Assembly: GCF_902459465.1 (NCBI RefSeq)
Contig: NC_047078.1
Coordinates: 5,270,001 to 5,334,000, forward strand
Source of the DNA: Asterias rubens
Taxonomy: Eukaryota
Reading direction: 5' to 3'
DNA length: 64,000 nucleotides
Shown one piece after another: positions 11,137 through 23,735 of the stretch; position 1 is the first letter of the stretch; every line of letters begins with the position of its first letter. The position numbers were made by a program, and so were the translations under genes. The notes beneath the pieces are model-generated. The model did not search any database and was not told where the DNA came from. It saw nothing but the letters and a program-made list of their open reading frames with translations.

Positions 11137-14100
11137 AGTCTTCGGACTAGCGCACGGCAAACCAACGCACTATCACACGGCCGTCGTCTAGCAAAACTTA
11201 GACATGTCATGTGACGCGCTCTAAACAATGAGCAGGCAGAATACTTGTAAGGGGTGTTATAATATAAAACATTGTCAGAAAAAGCGCCCTCTGAAGTGAC
11301 ATGGTTTTCGAGAAAGAAGTAATTTTCCACAAATTTGATTTCGAGACCTCAATTGAGAATTTGAGGTCTCGATATCAACCATCTTAAAGCACACAACTTC
11401 GTGTGACAAGGGTGTTTTTCTTTCGTTGTAATCTCGCAACTTTGACGACCAATTGAGCTCAAATTTTCACAGGTTTGTTATTTTATGCATATGTTGAGAT
11501 ACACCAGGTGAGAAGACTGGTCTTTGACAATTACCAATAGTGTCCACTGTCTTTAACCTATACTCTGGTTACATTGCCATGATGCGTCACGTGCCTCTCG
11601 TGTATATCATATCTTTCAATCAGTCTGAGTACATGATATGAACCTTGAACTTGAGCCGACATATTTGCACACAGGGTCACACTCTATACACGACAATCAT
11701 TTTGCAGATTTTGCATATTATTGCTGCGCGATCGAGAGCGATGCCCACCAGCAGGTACTGTCTGGATTGTTTTATGTAAACAACACCAGTTTTTGCAGTG
11801 TATGAGTTGACTAGGCCTGTAGACTGACGTCAAACGTCACCTTAGTATATGGGACATCACTTTGCTGTGTTCGAAACGTGGAAAACCAAACCGCGGCTCT
11901 TTTCAGAGCCGCCATAAAAAGCTTTATTGCATGGTTGTATACCCGCAAATGTGTTCTCAAAAAATACAATACAAACTGAACTAACAAAATAATAACAAGA
12001 CCAGACTTGCAGCTGCTTCACTGGTGACATCGACCGTATTTATAATACCGCCGCCTTGCATATTATGCACGCCCTTCCAAATGCCAGACAGTGCATATCG
12101 TTATGTGATAGAAGCCATGACATTCAACCACGACATACTGCAGAGTGGTACCAATTATCTTTTCAGATACATTTATTTCATGTCAACATCAATTAATACA
12201 GTGTGATAATATTGTTCAGAAAACATATAATAACTTGTACTAAGGAAAACTTAATCCAGTTAATGAACAATTATAAAAAAAAACAGTTTGACGTATTGGC
12301 AGTGGACACTATTGGTAATTACTAAAAATAATTATTAGCGTAAAACCTCATTTGGTGACGAGTGATGGGGATAGGTTGATGGTACAAAACATTGTGAGAA
12401 ACGGCTCCCTCTGAAGTGCCATAGTTTTCGAGAAAGAAGTAATTTTCCACGAATTTGATTTCAAGACCTCAGATTTAGAACTTGAGGTCTCGAAATCATC
12501 TAAACGAACACAACTTTGTTCGAAAAGGGTGTTTTTTTTCTTTCATTATTATCTCGCAACTTTGATGACCGATTGAGCAGGTTTGTTGTTTTATGCATAA
12601 TGTTGAGATACACCAACTGTGAACTAGTCTTTGACGATTACCAATAGTGTCCACTGCCTTTAAGATGTAGGAGAAAGAAGAAGCAAGAGCTGTTTTCCCT
12701 CTTCCCTAAAGACAAGGACACTTTACACAAAAGCATACACAAACAAACAAAGAGGACATGGACGTTATGTACATTATGCATGAGTGAGACTGGGCTATAG
12801 ATAAATAATTACGAAAAAAAGTTGTGTATTAAAACAAAAAAGATATATAATTAATAAGTAGTGTATAAATCAATCAAAATCTTTTTAAACTATTCCAATA
12901 AAGGACCCCTTTATGAAACACTCTTTTTATAAGACAAACAAGAAGAAGAAGAAAAAGAAGGAACGAAGAAAAATGAACAAATAAAGAAGCAAAAGGGGCG
13001 TATAGCTACTAAGCTGACCTCCCAGGGTTTCAGAAAATAAAAATGTAAACGATCGGAATTTTAATGGATCGTCAGATGTTTTTCACACATGAACAATGAT
13101 CCATTCCTCAATCCAGTGAGGCACCTCCTGGCCCACCGTCATTGTGCAAAGATTATGTTAATGTAAATGCACGAGGCTATGCTAGTCAGCACACACTCGG
13201 ATAGCGATTCAACCATTGGTAGGATATAATAATACCACAAAACACTCTTTCGCACAAGAGGTAAGTTTTGTTTTGATATGGTGAAATATTTTCGGGAAAA
13301 CTTAACACCACCGATGTGTTGGTTTATGTTTAACACTAAAAGTGTTTTTGTATTGCTTTGCCTTCGACGGTTTGGCCGCCTATGTAGCTGTTGTTGTCGG
13401 TAAATGTCTACGGTAGTTGTATATGCACCCTTGAAAGCAATCCAAAATGACAAACCGTTTCACAACAGTCGCATGAGATGTACACACGCATGTGCTATTA
13501 TTATTATTTTGTACCTTATTCAAACTGAATAAAGATGACGATTTGTGCTAACTAACCCTCTGTGCTGTTGAGACGAACCCTAAACAATTCGCACCGTTCA
13601 TAGTGTTCCGCACGTTATGCTGGGGTGAAACATGCTCTTGCACATTAATTATTACGCATGCAAGACGATTATTACAGGTTTGTTTCGATCATGTGTTCCT
13701 ATAATGCTTAAAATCCACGAGTGAAAAACAACACAGAATCTAAGATTAAAATTAAATTGTCAGGGGCCTACTACTGCAGAAAACAAACATGGCATTTTGT
13801 CAAGACATTCGTGAGTAGTATATAATGACCCCGTTTTCTGAAGGCGGGTCATGACCCACAGTCATGTGGGTCATTGTGGGTCTTCGATGAAGGTGGGAGT
13901 TTCCCCGAACGTATCGGTGAATAGTAGATTGGTCGATAATGCTGCAAGGGGTGTACATGCTTATGGTGCATAATGGAATAATTTCATAAATATTTTAGCT
14001 ATAGTGTGTTTATATGTCTTTTTGATTGTTTAACTTGGACGATGTAGCGTACAATGTATTGTGTAACTAATTAAACTATTACACAAGTCATTTTTATGAA

Positions 14101-15299
14101 AACGAAGACATGTCAAGCAAGAACATCCCGGTCAAAAATGTAGCAGTCCACTGCATAGTGTCGTATGCAGCGTTCTAATCGTGTCCAAACATGTTCAAGC
14201 GGGTCATAGGACGAATCAACGATATAATCACGAACTTCCGCAACCGTTGCGCAATTGAGAAAACTGGTTGTTATTTAAATGACGAGAATTTCAGAACTAC
14301 AAACTTAGTTTTTATAGCTCCATTGTTGTCGTGATTAAATTAGCAAGAAGGACTGCTAATAATAATATATGATTTGGTGTATTCTAACTTTTGTCGCGCC
14401 GTATTGGGTTTTGTTTGTACACTGATTAATGAGTTGATAATTCTTTAACGAAGTTTGTTAACATTTGTACTATTTGTTGTTTCGTTTTATAGCCTATGTG
14501 AAACAATTGTTAATTATATGTTGGGGGTACAATATTTTGTGATTATTATTTCAAACATATATATTATACATTTTTATTTTTTATTTCATACAAACATACG
14601 TTTACTTTATTGTATACAGATGACAGCACAATGATATACCCATACAATACATATGGGTCATATATTATTCAACACAAAGCTCTTAACTTGTATATGCATA
14701 GGCCTACAATAAATGAATCACAATGTAAAATATGCCGAACTCACCGCTTATCATTAATTTTTGTTTTGAAAAATATATTATTTCTCCACTCGTGCATGCG
14801 TTTGATGGGCAACGGTTCCAATCAACAAAACCCGGGATCATAAAATACTCCTATTTTTTTTGACAAAACAGAATTAGCTGTTGCAAACAACTTACCAATC
14901 CAAATAACCGATGGTATAAATACAAAAGATAGTATAAATGGCCTGACTTTTCTGCAAGGGAAAACAAATGTTTCTGTTTTGATGATTTATATTCAAAAAC
15001 TAAAGGGTCAAATATTTAATAATTTTTCGAGTTTGCTCTCAGTTGGTTTTATAGAGGGGGTGATGACGTGGAGATAGGGTTTGGTTTCAAATGTATAAAC
15101 CACACTTATCTCGTGGAACTTACTAGAACAATTTGAATAACCCCCTAGTGGTAGAAATAAACCCAGTCCATGTTAGTGTTACCCCCTTTATCCATCATGG
15201 TACCACAAGGACAAAACAAGCTGGTTACTATACGGGATGAAGTGAATTAGTAAACATGAGCGTTCGTTTTGGGGGGTGATGCTCGAGGGGTATTTGTTG
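11137..15299 (+). repeat. Segmental duplication, direct copy of 53175-57336
   Basis: Continuous near-identity over ~4.2 kb; the same spurious ORFs recur (13139/55218, 14610/56638). Confidence 0.95.
12297..12659 (-). mobile_element. Kolobok-type MITE (aggcagtggacactattggtaatt family)
   Basis: Family TIR, with TTAA at the right end; duplicate at 54329-54690. Confidence 0.85.
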
Positions 15300-15885
15300 C
15301 GTACGTTTTAGGTATCTTATGTCTATGAACTTATTTGCGTAATATGTCAAGGTTCATCGTTTGACTTAAATGCGGATGTTTCAAATAATGTTATTTCCTG
15401 GTTGTCTTTTCTTTTAGTTGCAATTGTTATTTGTCAGGTTCATGTACGTATTGCAACTCTTTACTGTGTTTTAAAAAGTTACCCTGTATATGTAAGTAAA
15501 CTTCTTTAAAGGCAGTGGACACTATTGGTAATTGTCAAAGACCAGTCTTCACAGTTGGTGTATCTCAACATATGCATACAATAACAAACACTGTGACAAT
15601 TTGAGCTCAATTGGTCGTCAAACTTGCGAGATAATAATGAAAGAAAAAACACCATTGTCACACGAAGTTTCATTACCGACATAATTTATCTCACCAAGAC
15701 GACTTGTTTCGTGGAATAAGTTAACTTACCGACATAACTTCCACTCATTTATTTCATCTAAATTTCATAGCCCGACCCCCCCCCAAAAAAAAAAAAAAAA
15801 AAATTAAAACAAATAAATAAATAAATAAATAAAAGAGTCCGGATCAATATGTCAGCTCTAATTTCGGGTAACAACATAATACTTT

Positions 15886-15924
15886 CTCCAGAAGTAATCA
15901 GAGCATACTGATCGAAACGTCGCG
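15886..15924 (+). ncRNA. Degenerate minimal hammerhead-like motif, probably a Penelope-element terminal remnant (duplicate at 47321-47359)
   Basis: ctc-CAGAAGT-a-atcag[agcata]ctgat-c-GAAAC-GTC-gcg: stem II and GAAACGUC are intact, but the core has A4 and U9 and stem I is mismatched. Confidence 0.4.
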
Positions 15925-16800
15925 ACGTTTAGTTGAACCCAATGGTTCTTTTCCGAACCACCCAAACTCATTTAGAGATAGTCATTACATGGTGTTACCG
16001 AAAACGTTTCCATATCGTGTTTCTACCACGCAATATTCAAATTTTAATTATAATTTTTGATATTTGACTGCAAAATTGTGATCAAGGTGACTTTTTTTCT
16101 TTTTTTCTTCTTTCTTTTTTATATTTACACATCATATTTCTATTTAAAAAAACACACGATACGATCGCTGGTAAGCTTAAACGGACGCACCTTTCATCCT
16201 TATAAACATAATTTGCTTCCTCGAACGCTAAAGTGTGTATTTACCCAGGTCATGTGCGTCACATGAATGTGTTTGGCTGTGAGTAACAAAATGCTTAACT
16301 AGCATATCACCATTATGCAGTTTTTAAATGGTAAGTATATGCGGCTGTCAATACATCCTTTGCGACTGTTGTGTACAAACCTAATCGGAAGACTGTGTTA
16401 GTTTTGAGGAACGCAAGTAGCAAGCAATGGGTGTTTTCAGGATGCATAATACGCGAAGGCCTATGACAAATTAAACTTGACAGTAATAAATTATTGATGT
16501 TTCTTCTAATACCTTACTGCCAGACTTTCAGAAACTCCTGAGTAATCATACAAGCAATCTTGAGAGATCATCTTGTAAGGTGCTGATTGTCAGGGATTCC
16601 AACAAATTGCATAGAATCATGTCATTGAAATACTGTCCAACCAAACTTATCCTCTAAACCATTTGATGATTCAAAGCAGATCTGGTAGTAGGGAACATAT
16701 CTGAACTCACCTTTTTGATTGTACTCTCTGTGATCGCAGTGGTTTATTTACTACAAGCGAACCCGTCAAGATGCCGCACAGGTGAACTGGAATAGTGAAA

Positions 16801-17438
16801 CATTGACAGTAAACATTGAATTCACAAATCTTTGGGCACAAAGGGGGAAAGAGTAAATTTACGGAAGCCGGATAGTGCCAGGAGATAAGAAATGAAATAT
16901 TTTTTTCATGAGCGCGAGAATATTTTTTTGTACCATTTATCTGGCGGCCGCCACATAATATCCGGCGGCCGCCATTTAATTATCCGGCGGCCGCCACTTA
17001 TTATCCGGCGACCGCCACTTATTATCCGGCGGCCGCCACTTAATTATCTGGCGGCCGCCACATATTATCTGGCGGCCGCCACATAATTATCTGGTGGCCG
17101 CCACATAATATTCTGGACTACACGTTCTTTACTTTGCGGATTTCGAGTGCGTGTTTTGATGCTCTCGTGTTACCACAACGACTTGCTCCACCCTGATCCT
17201 GCTGCTCCGCCGGATAATTAAATGGCGGCCGCCGGATATTAAGTGGCGGCCGCCAGAAAATTAAGTGGCGGCCGCCAGATCATTATGTAGCGGCCGCCAG
17301 ATAAATGGTACAAACAAATATTCTCGCGCTCATGAAAAAAATTTCTTATCTTATCTCCTGGCACTATCCGGCTTCCGTAAATTTACTCTTTGCCCCTTTG
17401 TGCCCAAAGATTTGTGAATTCAATGTTTACTGTCAATG
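16801..17438. mobile_element. 638-bp foldback element with 21-bp GGCGGCCGCC subterminal repeats
   Basis: Outer ~130 bp are mirrored almost perfectly. Inner TACGGAAGCC...GGCTTCCGTA ends (16860-17379); ~8 units in the left arm and ~4-5 in the right; ~90-bp spacer. Confidence 0.85.
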
Positions 17439-18864
17439 GTTACTGTTTACTTCCGTATAAATTAATACAAAAAGCTGAACTTTAGTCTGATAACAACCCA
17501 TGAAGGTAGCTATAATTGATGTTAAAGGCAGTGGACACTATTGGTAATTACTCAAAAAAATTATTGGCATAAAACCTTTCTAGGGGGATGGCACGGGATT
17601 GGGACTTGAGTCAAGTCCAACCGTCACACAGAGTTCAAGCACAAACCTTTCAAGTACACAGTAATGTATGGTACACACGAAAGTGGGTAGCATACGTCTG
17701 CATGAGTGAATGTCTGATTTGAACAGAATGTTTACCTTAAAACGGACCGTCTTAATAAGCTCAACAACATACAGCAATGCTCTTGGAAAAATCGTTGAGT
17801 TTGCAGTAATGATGTCAAACCGAAACAAATTGTATCAGAAGATACCTCGACTGTTAAGGGAACTAAAATGTGATAAATAAATAAATAATAAATAATTTAA
17901 TGAGTTTATACTGCGCCTTTAGAATGTACACGTTCGAGCGCATAACAAAATAATTAGACGGTGAATAAAAAGCTAGCAACTAGTAAAAAGCGAGGAAAAC
18001 CAACAATCTAAAAATATGAAACGCACAAGACCAAACACGTACGAGTCAAAATGCATTAACATAATGAGACGGGAGATGTTTGCCACAGTGACAATCTGTA
18101 ATTTGTACGTCATGTCAGAAATCAAGCATCTGAAAGCACACATCTTGCGCGAAAAGACTTTTTATTCGATTATTAACTCGCAACTTCGACGACCATTTGG
18201 GTTCAAATTTTCACAATTTTTGTTTTGCATCTTTTGTCGAGATACACCAAGTGAAAAGACTGGTCTTTGACAATTACCAAAGGTTTCAAGTGTCTTTAAC
18301 GGAAAACATCGAACTTGCCATAACCATAAGTAGCTAGAAGTATTGTTCAGATTCAGCTGGTAAAAGTAGGAAGCTTGATGCCATTTTTTAAAACTTGAAT
18401 TCATCCAACTTTTTGCTGCTGAAAATAAATTTGCCCGTCTTGTTTGCAAAACATAAAGTAAGGACCCTTTGTGAAAACGGTGACGATTTTTTAAAGTAAT
18501 AACGATAAAGAAACTCGCATACGAGAGAAAAGGTAATGTTTATTTATATTCACAAAGTGAAATGTTTGTTCTAGAGCATGACATCGTTTGTTTCGTTTTC
18601 GTTTTGCATTCCGGAGGCAAGGCTTGTGTCAACTGTTAATTTAATCATTGGTGTTTCAAATTGAGAACCATTCATGTGAAAAAGAAGAACCACTGTGTGT
18701 CAGCAACCATTGAAATACCACCAACCATTTACATTTGTTTGGATTCGAGTTTAAATTATTAAATCCTTTACTGCGAGAAATCGGTATGTAAAACGAACAG
18801 TAGGCCTGTTTGATAACTGTAATGTAAAACTTAATGCTGGCAAATCAATTCTGCCAATCATCTT

Positions 18865-18898
<34 letters not shown>

Positions 18899-19861
18899 TG
18901 ACACTCTTTTGTATAAATGATCAAGGTATTCTGTATTTTTACGGTTGTAATTTTTTACTGTTTGGTCATTGGCCAAGGGTGTAAATCTATTCACTTATTG
19001 GTATAAAAAGTTGCGATATGTTGAGAACTTTGAATCCCTGTCGAGTTTGCACGATAACTACAAAGTCTTAAACGTTCTTGTGACACGTTAACATGAGGAA
19101 GCACTAGGTAGCGCAACTGACGTGCGAAACAAGAGATGTTAAATAGAATACTTACTTGGTGACGAGTAATGGGTAGAGATTGATGGTATAAAACATTGTG
19201 AGGAACGGTTCCCTCTGGAGTGACATAGTTTTCGAGAAAGAAGTAATTGTCAACGAATTTTGATTTCGAGACCTCAGACTTAGAATTTGAGGCCTCGAAA
19301 TCAACCATCTAAAAGCACACAACGGTGTGTAACAATGGTGTTTTTCTCTCATACTTATCTCGCAACTTCGACGACCGATTGAGCTCAAATTTTTACAGGT
19401 TTGTTATGTTGTGCATATGTTGAGATACACTAGTCCTTTACATCTACCAATAGTGTTCAGTGTGTTTAAGATAATATATATGTATGTTCGTTAGAAAATC
19501 ATGCGGCAAAGTGTTGATGCCAGGAATTTATGTATAGGCGTAGGTTGTACGCAACCACCCATCCAAATAATGGGCCAAGTCACAACGTTTCATTTCCTTT
19601 TTTTTACCAGAGTGTGGAGGCTATTCAACTTCGACCTAAAGATTCACGGTTTCGGCCTTTAGGTAAGTTATATCAGTCCACAGTGCTTTTTTTAACAAAT
19701 CCCTCTTGCCTTAGTATCGCATGAAATTCGCATTCCACTTTAATTTGTGCCCGCTTTTCCGTAACCGCTACTTTACAAGTAGAACTGACCCAGAATTCTG
19801 TGAGAAGTTTCAAAGTTGAAGGCAAGGACCACATACACAGCAGTGAGAAATATATGGTAAA

Positions 19862-20352
19862 CCAATCAGTGACTTCGAATTAAACAATCGGCTCCGGGGA
19901 CCGAAAAACGAAGTCACCGATTGGCCAACAGATGCGCGCTTCAAAAAAACTTTATGCATTCAGTGTCAGTCTTGCGTTCCCTTGGCAGGCCAGACGCATC
20001 GTCGTGTGTGCCATTCTTTCTACTATTGACACAGTAAAGTTTCTGAAAAAGGTAACATTTTTTGATTGATGACAGATGATCATTAACCAGTTGTACTAGT
20101 GAATTATTTGAGCAGACGCATCGTCGTGTACGATATTCTTTCTTACTATTGGCACAGTAAAGTTTCTGAAAAGGTAACATTTTGTGCATTGATGACAGAT
20201 GATCATTGCCCAGTTGAACTAGTGAATAATATTTGAGCAGACGCATCGTCGTGTGTGATATTCTTTCTATTGACACATAACAGTAAAGTTTCTGAAAAAA
20301 GGGTAACAATTTGATTGAAGATCATTACCCAGTTGTAGTGAATTATTTGAGC
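19862..20352 (+). repeat. Short inverted repeat followed by three ~123-bp tandem units
   Basis: ccaatcagtgacttcg (19862-19877) pairs with cgaagtcaccgattgg (19909-19924); units start cagacgcatcgtcgtg at 19991, 20113 and 20238. Confidence 0.85.
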
Positions 20353-20711
20353 TAAAATGCAATACATTCGAGGCAGACTTGTAATTTTATAAGCCGTTTT
20401 TCCCTTGCATACGTTTGTTTGACTCAACTGACGCACGTTAGTCCATACACATTAGTTGTACATTAACGCACGGTAGGCTGTATTACAGCCGCCATGCGCA
20501 CATCGTGTACACTGCACGTAGGCTATATAGGCATGCTTGTACTGTACTGTATATTATGTAGGTTAGCTGTCGTAAGCAATGTGATACTTTTTAGTTGTAT
20601 ATGTATAACATTCACGCGCGCATACTGATGCTGCCTGCGTTATAGCATAGTAGAGCAACAGCCCTCCCCTGTGTCTAAACAACAAAGGTTGTTGTTTTTG
20701 CCTGCGCCATT

Positions 20712-21786
20712 ATGGAAGACCAGAACAATGTGTTTGTTTGCGTTTATTGTGATTATGAAACCCATCAATTCAGGAGACTATTCAACCATTATAGGTTTGT
20801 ACACGAAATTGAAAATGCCATTTTTAGATATAAATGGATGTCACAGAAATCTCTCTTCAGTAAGACGTTTTGTCAACCACATCAGAGTACTTCACAAAGA
20901 CTTTTACCGCATACATTACGTGAATGCAGTTGAAAATGTTGGTAATGATGCCAATGAGCTTGTGGTAAATCATGGCATCATGGGAGGAGCACCTGAGCAG
21001 CATGTAGGCTTACAAGATCAAGGTGATGTGGATATGCAAGATGTACAAAACGTAGGCCTTCCTATGCAAATAGATCTTAGGCCAAAGGTTGTACTGTTTC
21101 TTCTGAAACTAAGAGAGTTACATAAAGTACCGGGGTCTGTTTGTAGTTTTGTTGCGTCAGAGATTGTAAATATTTTGCAGATGTCTAAAACAAAGATGCA
21201 TTCTCAGTTGGATGCAGCTCTTCTTGAAGATGATGTCAATCGAGATGAGATTGCGACTGCCTTGGCTGTTATTAAGTCAACAGAATTAGAAGACATTTTT
21301 CACAGTTTCGAAGATAACAGAAAACTGAGTAGTTATGTTCAGTCCGAGTTTCCCTTTGTTGAACCAATCGAATTTGTACTTGGTGCAGATGTTGGGGGTA
21401 AATGTGAATTTTATATACCCATTTTGGAAACATTGAAGTTACTCTTGCAAAATGAAGATGTATTAGCAGAGGTTGTGCAGAGTCACAAGTCTGAGGATGG
21501 TAAATTAAAAGACTTTTGTGATGGTACTATCTTCAGAGAAAATGAATTGTTCGCCTTTGACTCTTCAAGTTTACAGGTTGTGTTATATTATGATGTCTTT
21601 AACATTGTAAATCCACCTGGAAATAAGGTCAAGAATTACAAATACACAAATACCACAATACAGGTCTAGGTCGCATGTGTACAAATCAAAACACTGGAAA
21701 AAGTATGGATTTAAGAAAGTACTCGAGCCATTGCTTCTTGATCTTGCAGTGTTAGAAGAGGAAGATGTTTGTGTGAATAAGAATCC
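20712..21786 (+). pseudogene. Animal EnSpm/CACTA (CMC) transposase with N-terminal C2H2 zinc fingers, truncated
   Basis: MEDQNNVFVCVYCDY...FNHYRFVH (C2H2); a frameshift leads to GCHRNLSSVRRFVNHIRVLH, then YIPILETLKLLL, DFCDG..F, LQVVLYYDVFNIVNPPG and KKYGFKKVLEPLLLDLAVLEEE. These are typical animal EnSpm motifs. Cut at ~21785 by a MITE. Confidence 0.8.
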
Positions 21787-22165
21787 AAGTGGGCAAAATA
21801 CGTTGAAATAACGTTGAAACAACGTCATACCCCGACGTTGAAGTAACGTTGAATATTAGTTGGATTTGCAAATCGTTTTAACGTTGAAATGCCGACGTAG
21901 AAACAACGTGGGAATATTAACTCTGCTTCAATGTCGGCATTTGTACGTTGTTTCAACGTTAAGTTTCTATGTTGAAACAACGTTGAATAATGGTTGGATT
22001 TGCAAATCGTTTTAACGTTGACATGCCGAGGTAAAAACAACGTTAAAATCACCATGTTGTTTCAACGTCAGGTTTAGACGCTGAAACAACGTTCAATAAT
22101 AGTTGGATTTGCAAATCGTTATAACGTTGAAATGCCGACGTAGAACCAACGTTGCAATCACCATG
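21785..22165. mobile_element. Truncated CACTA-like MITE with AACGTT-rich subterminal repeats
   Basis: Starts ccaagtgggcaaaatacgttgaaataacgttgaaacaacgt and has many acgttgaaacaacgt motifs; no matching right TIR found. Confidence 0.55.
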
Positions 22166-22621
22166 TAGAAACAATGGCTTTTTAATTCCCTAGTTAGTTA
22201 TTTACACGTACTTTAATATTTATACTAACTCTATACATGACTACAACCTATCAAGGTCTATACATCTATTCACACTGTATGTCTTGTATATATGTAGACC
22301 AAGATCCCTAAATTTTCTAGTCGTGGTTTTACTCCGTTTTTAGCTAAAAACTGCTTAATTATTAATTCAAATGTTTAAACTACAAATTTTTGCTTGGACT
22401 TTTGTTGTTCGTGTTTTTTAACATTCGAATTAAACACAAAAGTTCAGAAACTTTCCTCGGATAACTTAACTACACCAAAGTGTTTTATTATCAAAAATAC
22501 ACTTCTAGGCCACGTGACCCCCAATTTGCATATCATGTCAATGTTAAATCAACGTTGGATCAATGTTGGATCAACAATAGTGTGATCGATTGGTATAACA
22601 CTGAAGTTTTCGCATCTTGGT

Positions 22622-22795
22622 TATAATAATAATAATAATAATAAGACATTTGTAAAGCGCCTAATGCAAAAACAATAAATAATTAGAGAAAGATACAAGA
22701 TACAAAATATAGGCAAATTACAAAAAAGAAGCTTGAAACAAACGAGCTTTCAACAAGGACTTAAAACGTTGTAAAGTATTAGCTTGGTGAATATG
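22622..22795 (-). mobile_element. L2 LINE 3' end
   Basis: Minus strand reads HIHQANTLQRFKSLLKARLFQA (L2 ORF2 C-terminus) followed by ggcgctttacaaatgtc(tta)n tail. Confidence 0.75.
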
Positions 22796-22806
22796 CCCTT
22801 ACAAAA

Positions 22807-23735
22807 ATGTCCCATGGCATACCCATGGCGATCCCATGGGATTCCCATGGGATCTCATGGGGTTCTATGGGGAATACGTTTTCCCCATGTCCTCCCATGG
22901 GTCTTTGCTATTGGTCCCCATGGGAATCCCATGGCGTTCCCATGGGATTACATGGGAGCATTCCTTTCCCATTCAATAACCAAGGGAACCCCATGGGAGC
23001 ATTTTTTCCCCATCCAATCACCATGGTAATATCATGGGGAACCAATGAGAGCATTTCTTTCCCATCCAATCACCATGGTGTCCCCATGGGGACCCCATGG
23101 GGACCCCATGGGACCATTCCTTTCCCATACAATCACCATGGTGTTCCCCCAATCACCATGGTGTTCCCATGGGGGAACATGGGACCATTCCTTTCCCATC
23201 CAATCACCATGGTGTTCCCATGGGGGAACATGGGACCATTCCTTTCCCATCCAATCACCATGGTGTTCCCATGGGGGAACATGGGACCATTCCTTTCCCA
23301 TCCAATCACCATGGTGTTCCCATGGGGGAACATGGGACCATTCCTTTCCCATCCAATCACCATGGTGTTCCCATGGGGGAACATGGGACCATTCCTTTCC
23401 GATCCAGTCACCATGGTGTTCCCATGGGGGAACATGGGACCATTCCTTTCTCATCCAATCACCATGGTGTTCCCATGGGAGAACATGGGACCATCCCTTT
23501 CCCATCCAATCACCATGGTGTTCCCATGGGAACCCCATGGGGGCATTTCTTTCTCATCCAATCACCATGGTGTTCCCATGGGACCCCATGGGGGCATTTC
23601 TTTCTCATCCAATCACCATGGTGTTCCCATGGGGGACATGGGACCATTCCTTTCCCATCCAATCACCATGGTGTTCCCATGGGGACCCCATGGGAGTATT
23701 TTTTCCCAATCAACCATCATATCCCTATGGGATTA
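22807..23735 (+). repeat. Left array, 51-bp unit (ccaatcaccatggtgttcccatgggggaacatgggaccattcctttcccat)
   Basis: Several near-identical consecutive units; explains the overlapping repetitive ORFs with 17-aa period. Confidence 0.95.

Larger units (their letters stand above)
14664..18517 (+). repeat. Segmental duplication, direct copy of 46069-49488
   Basis: Near-identity, with duplicated ORF-track entries 16057/47492, 17580/48509 and 18016/48987. Main difference is the ~480-bp collapse of the 16801-17438 palindrome. Confidence 0.95.

Noticed and set aside
14130-14250. Minus-strand peptide YDPLEHVWTRLERCIR resembling the Tc1 motif NPIEHLW..LERR
   Set aside because: Short match with no flanking DDE motifs or TIR; may be chance.
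17580-18449. ORFs recurring in three places (MFRFDIIT..., MKRTRPNT..., MQTRRANL...)
   Set aside because: Recurrence reflects recent DNA duplication; lengths vary by indels and no domain is recognisable.
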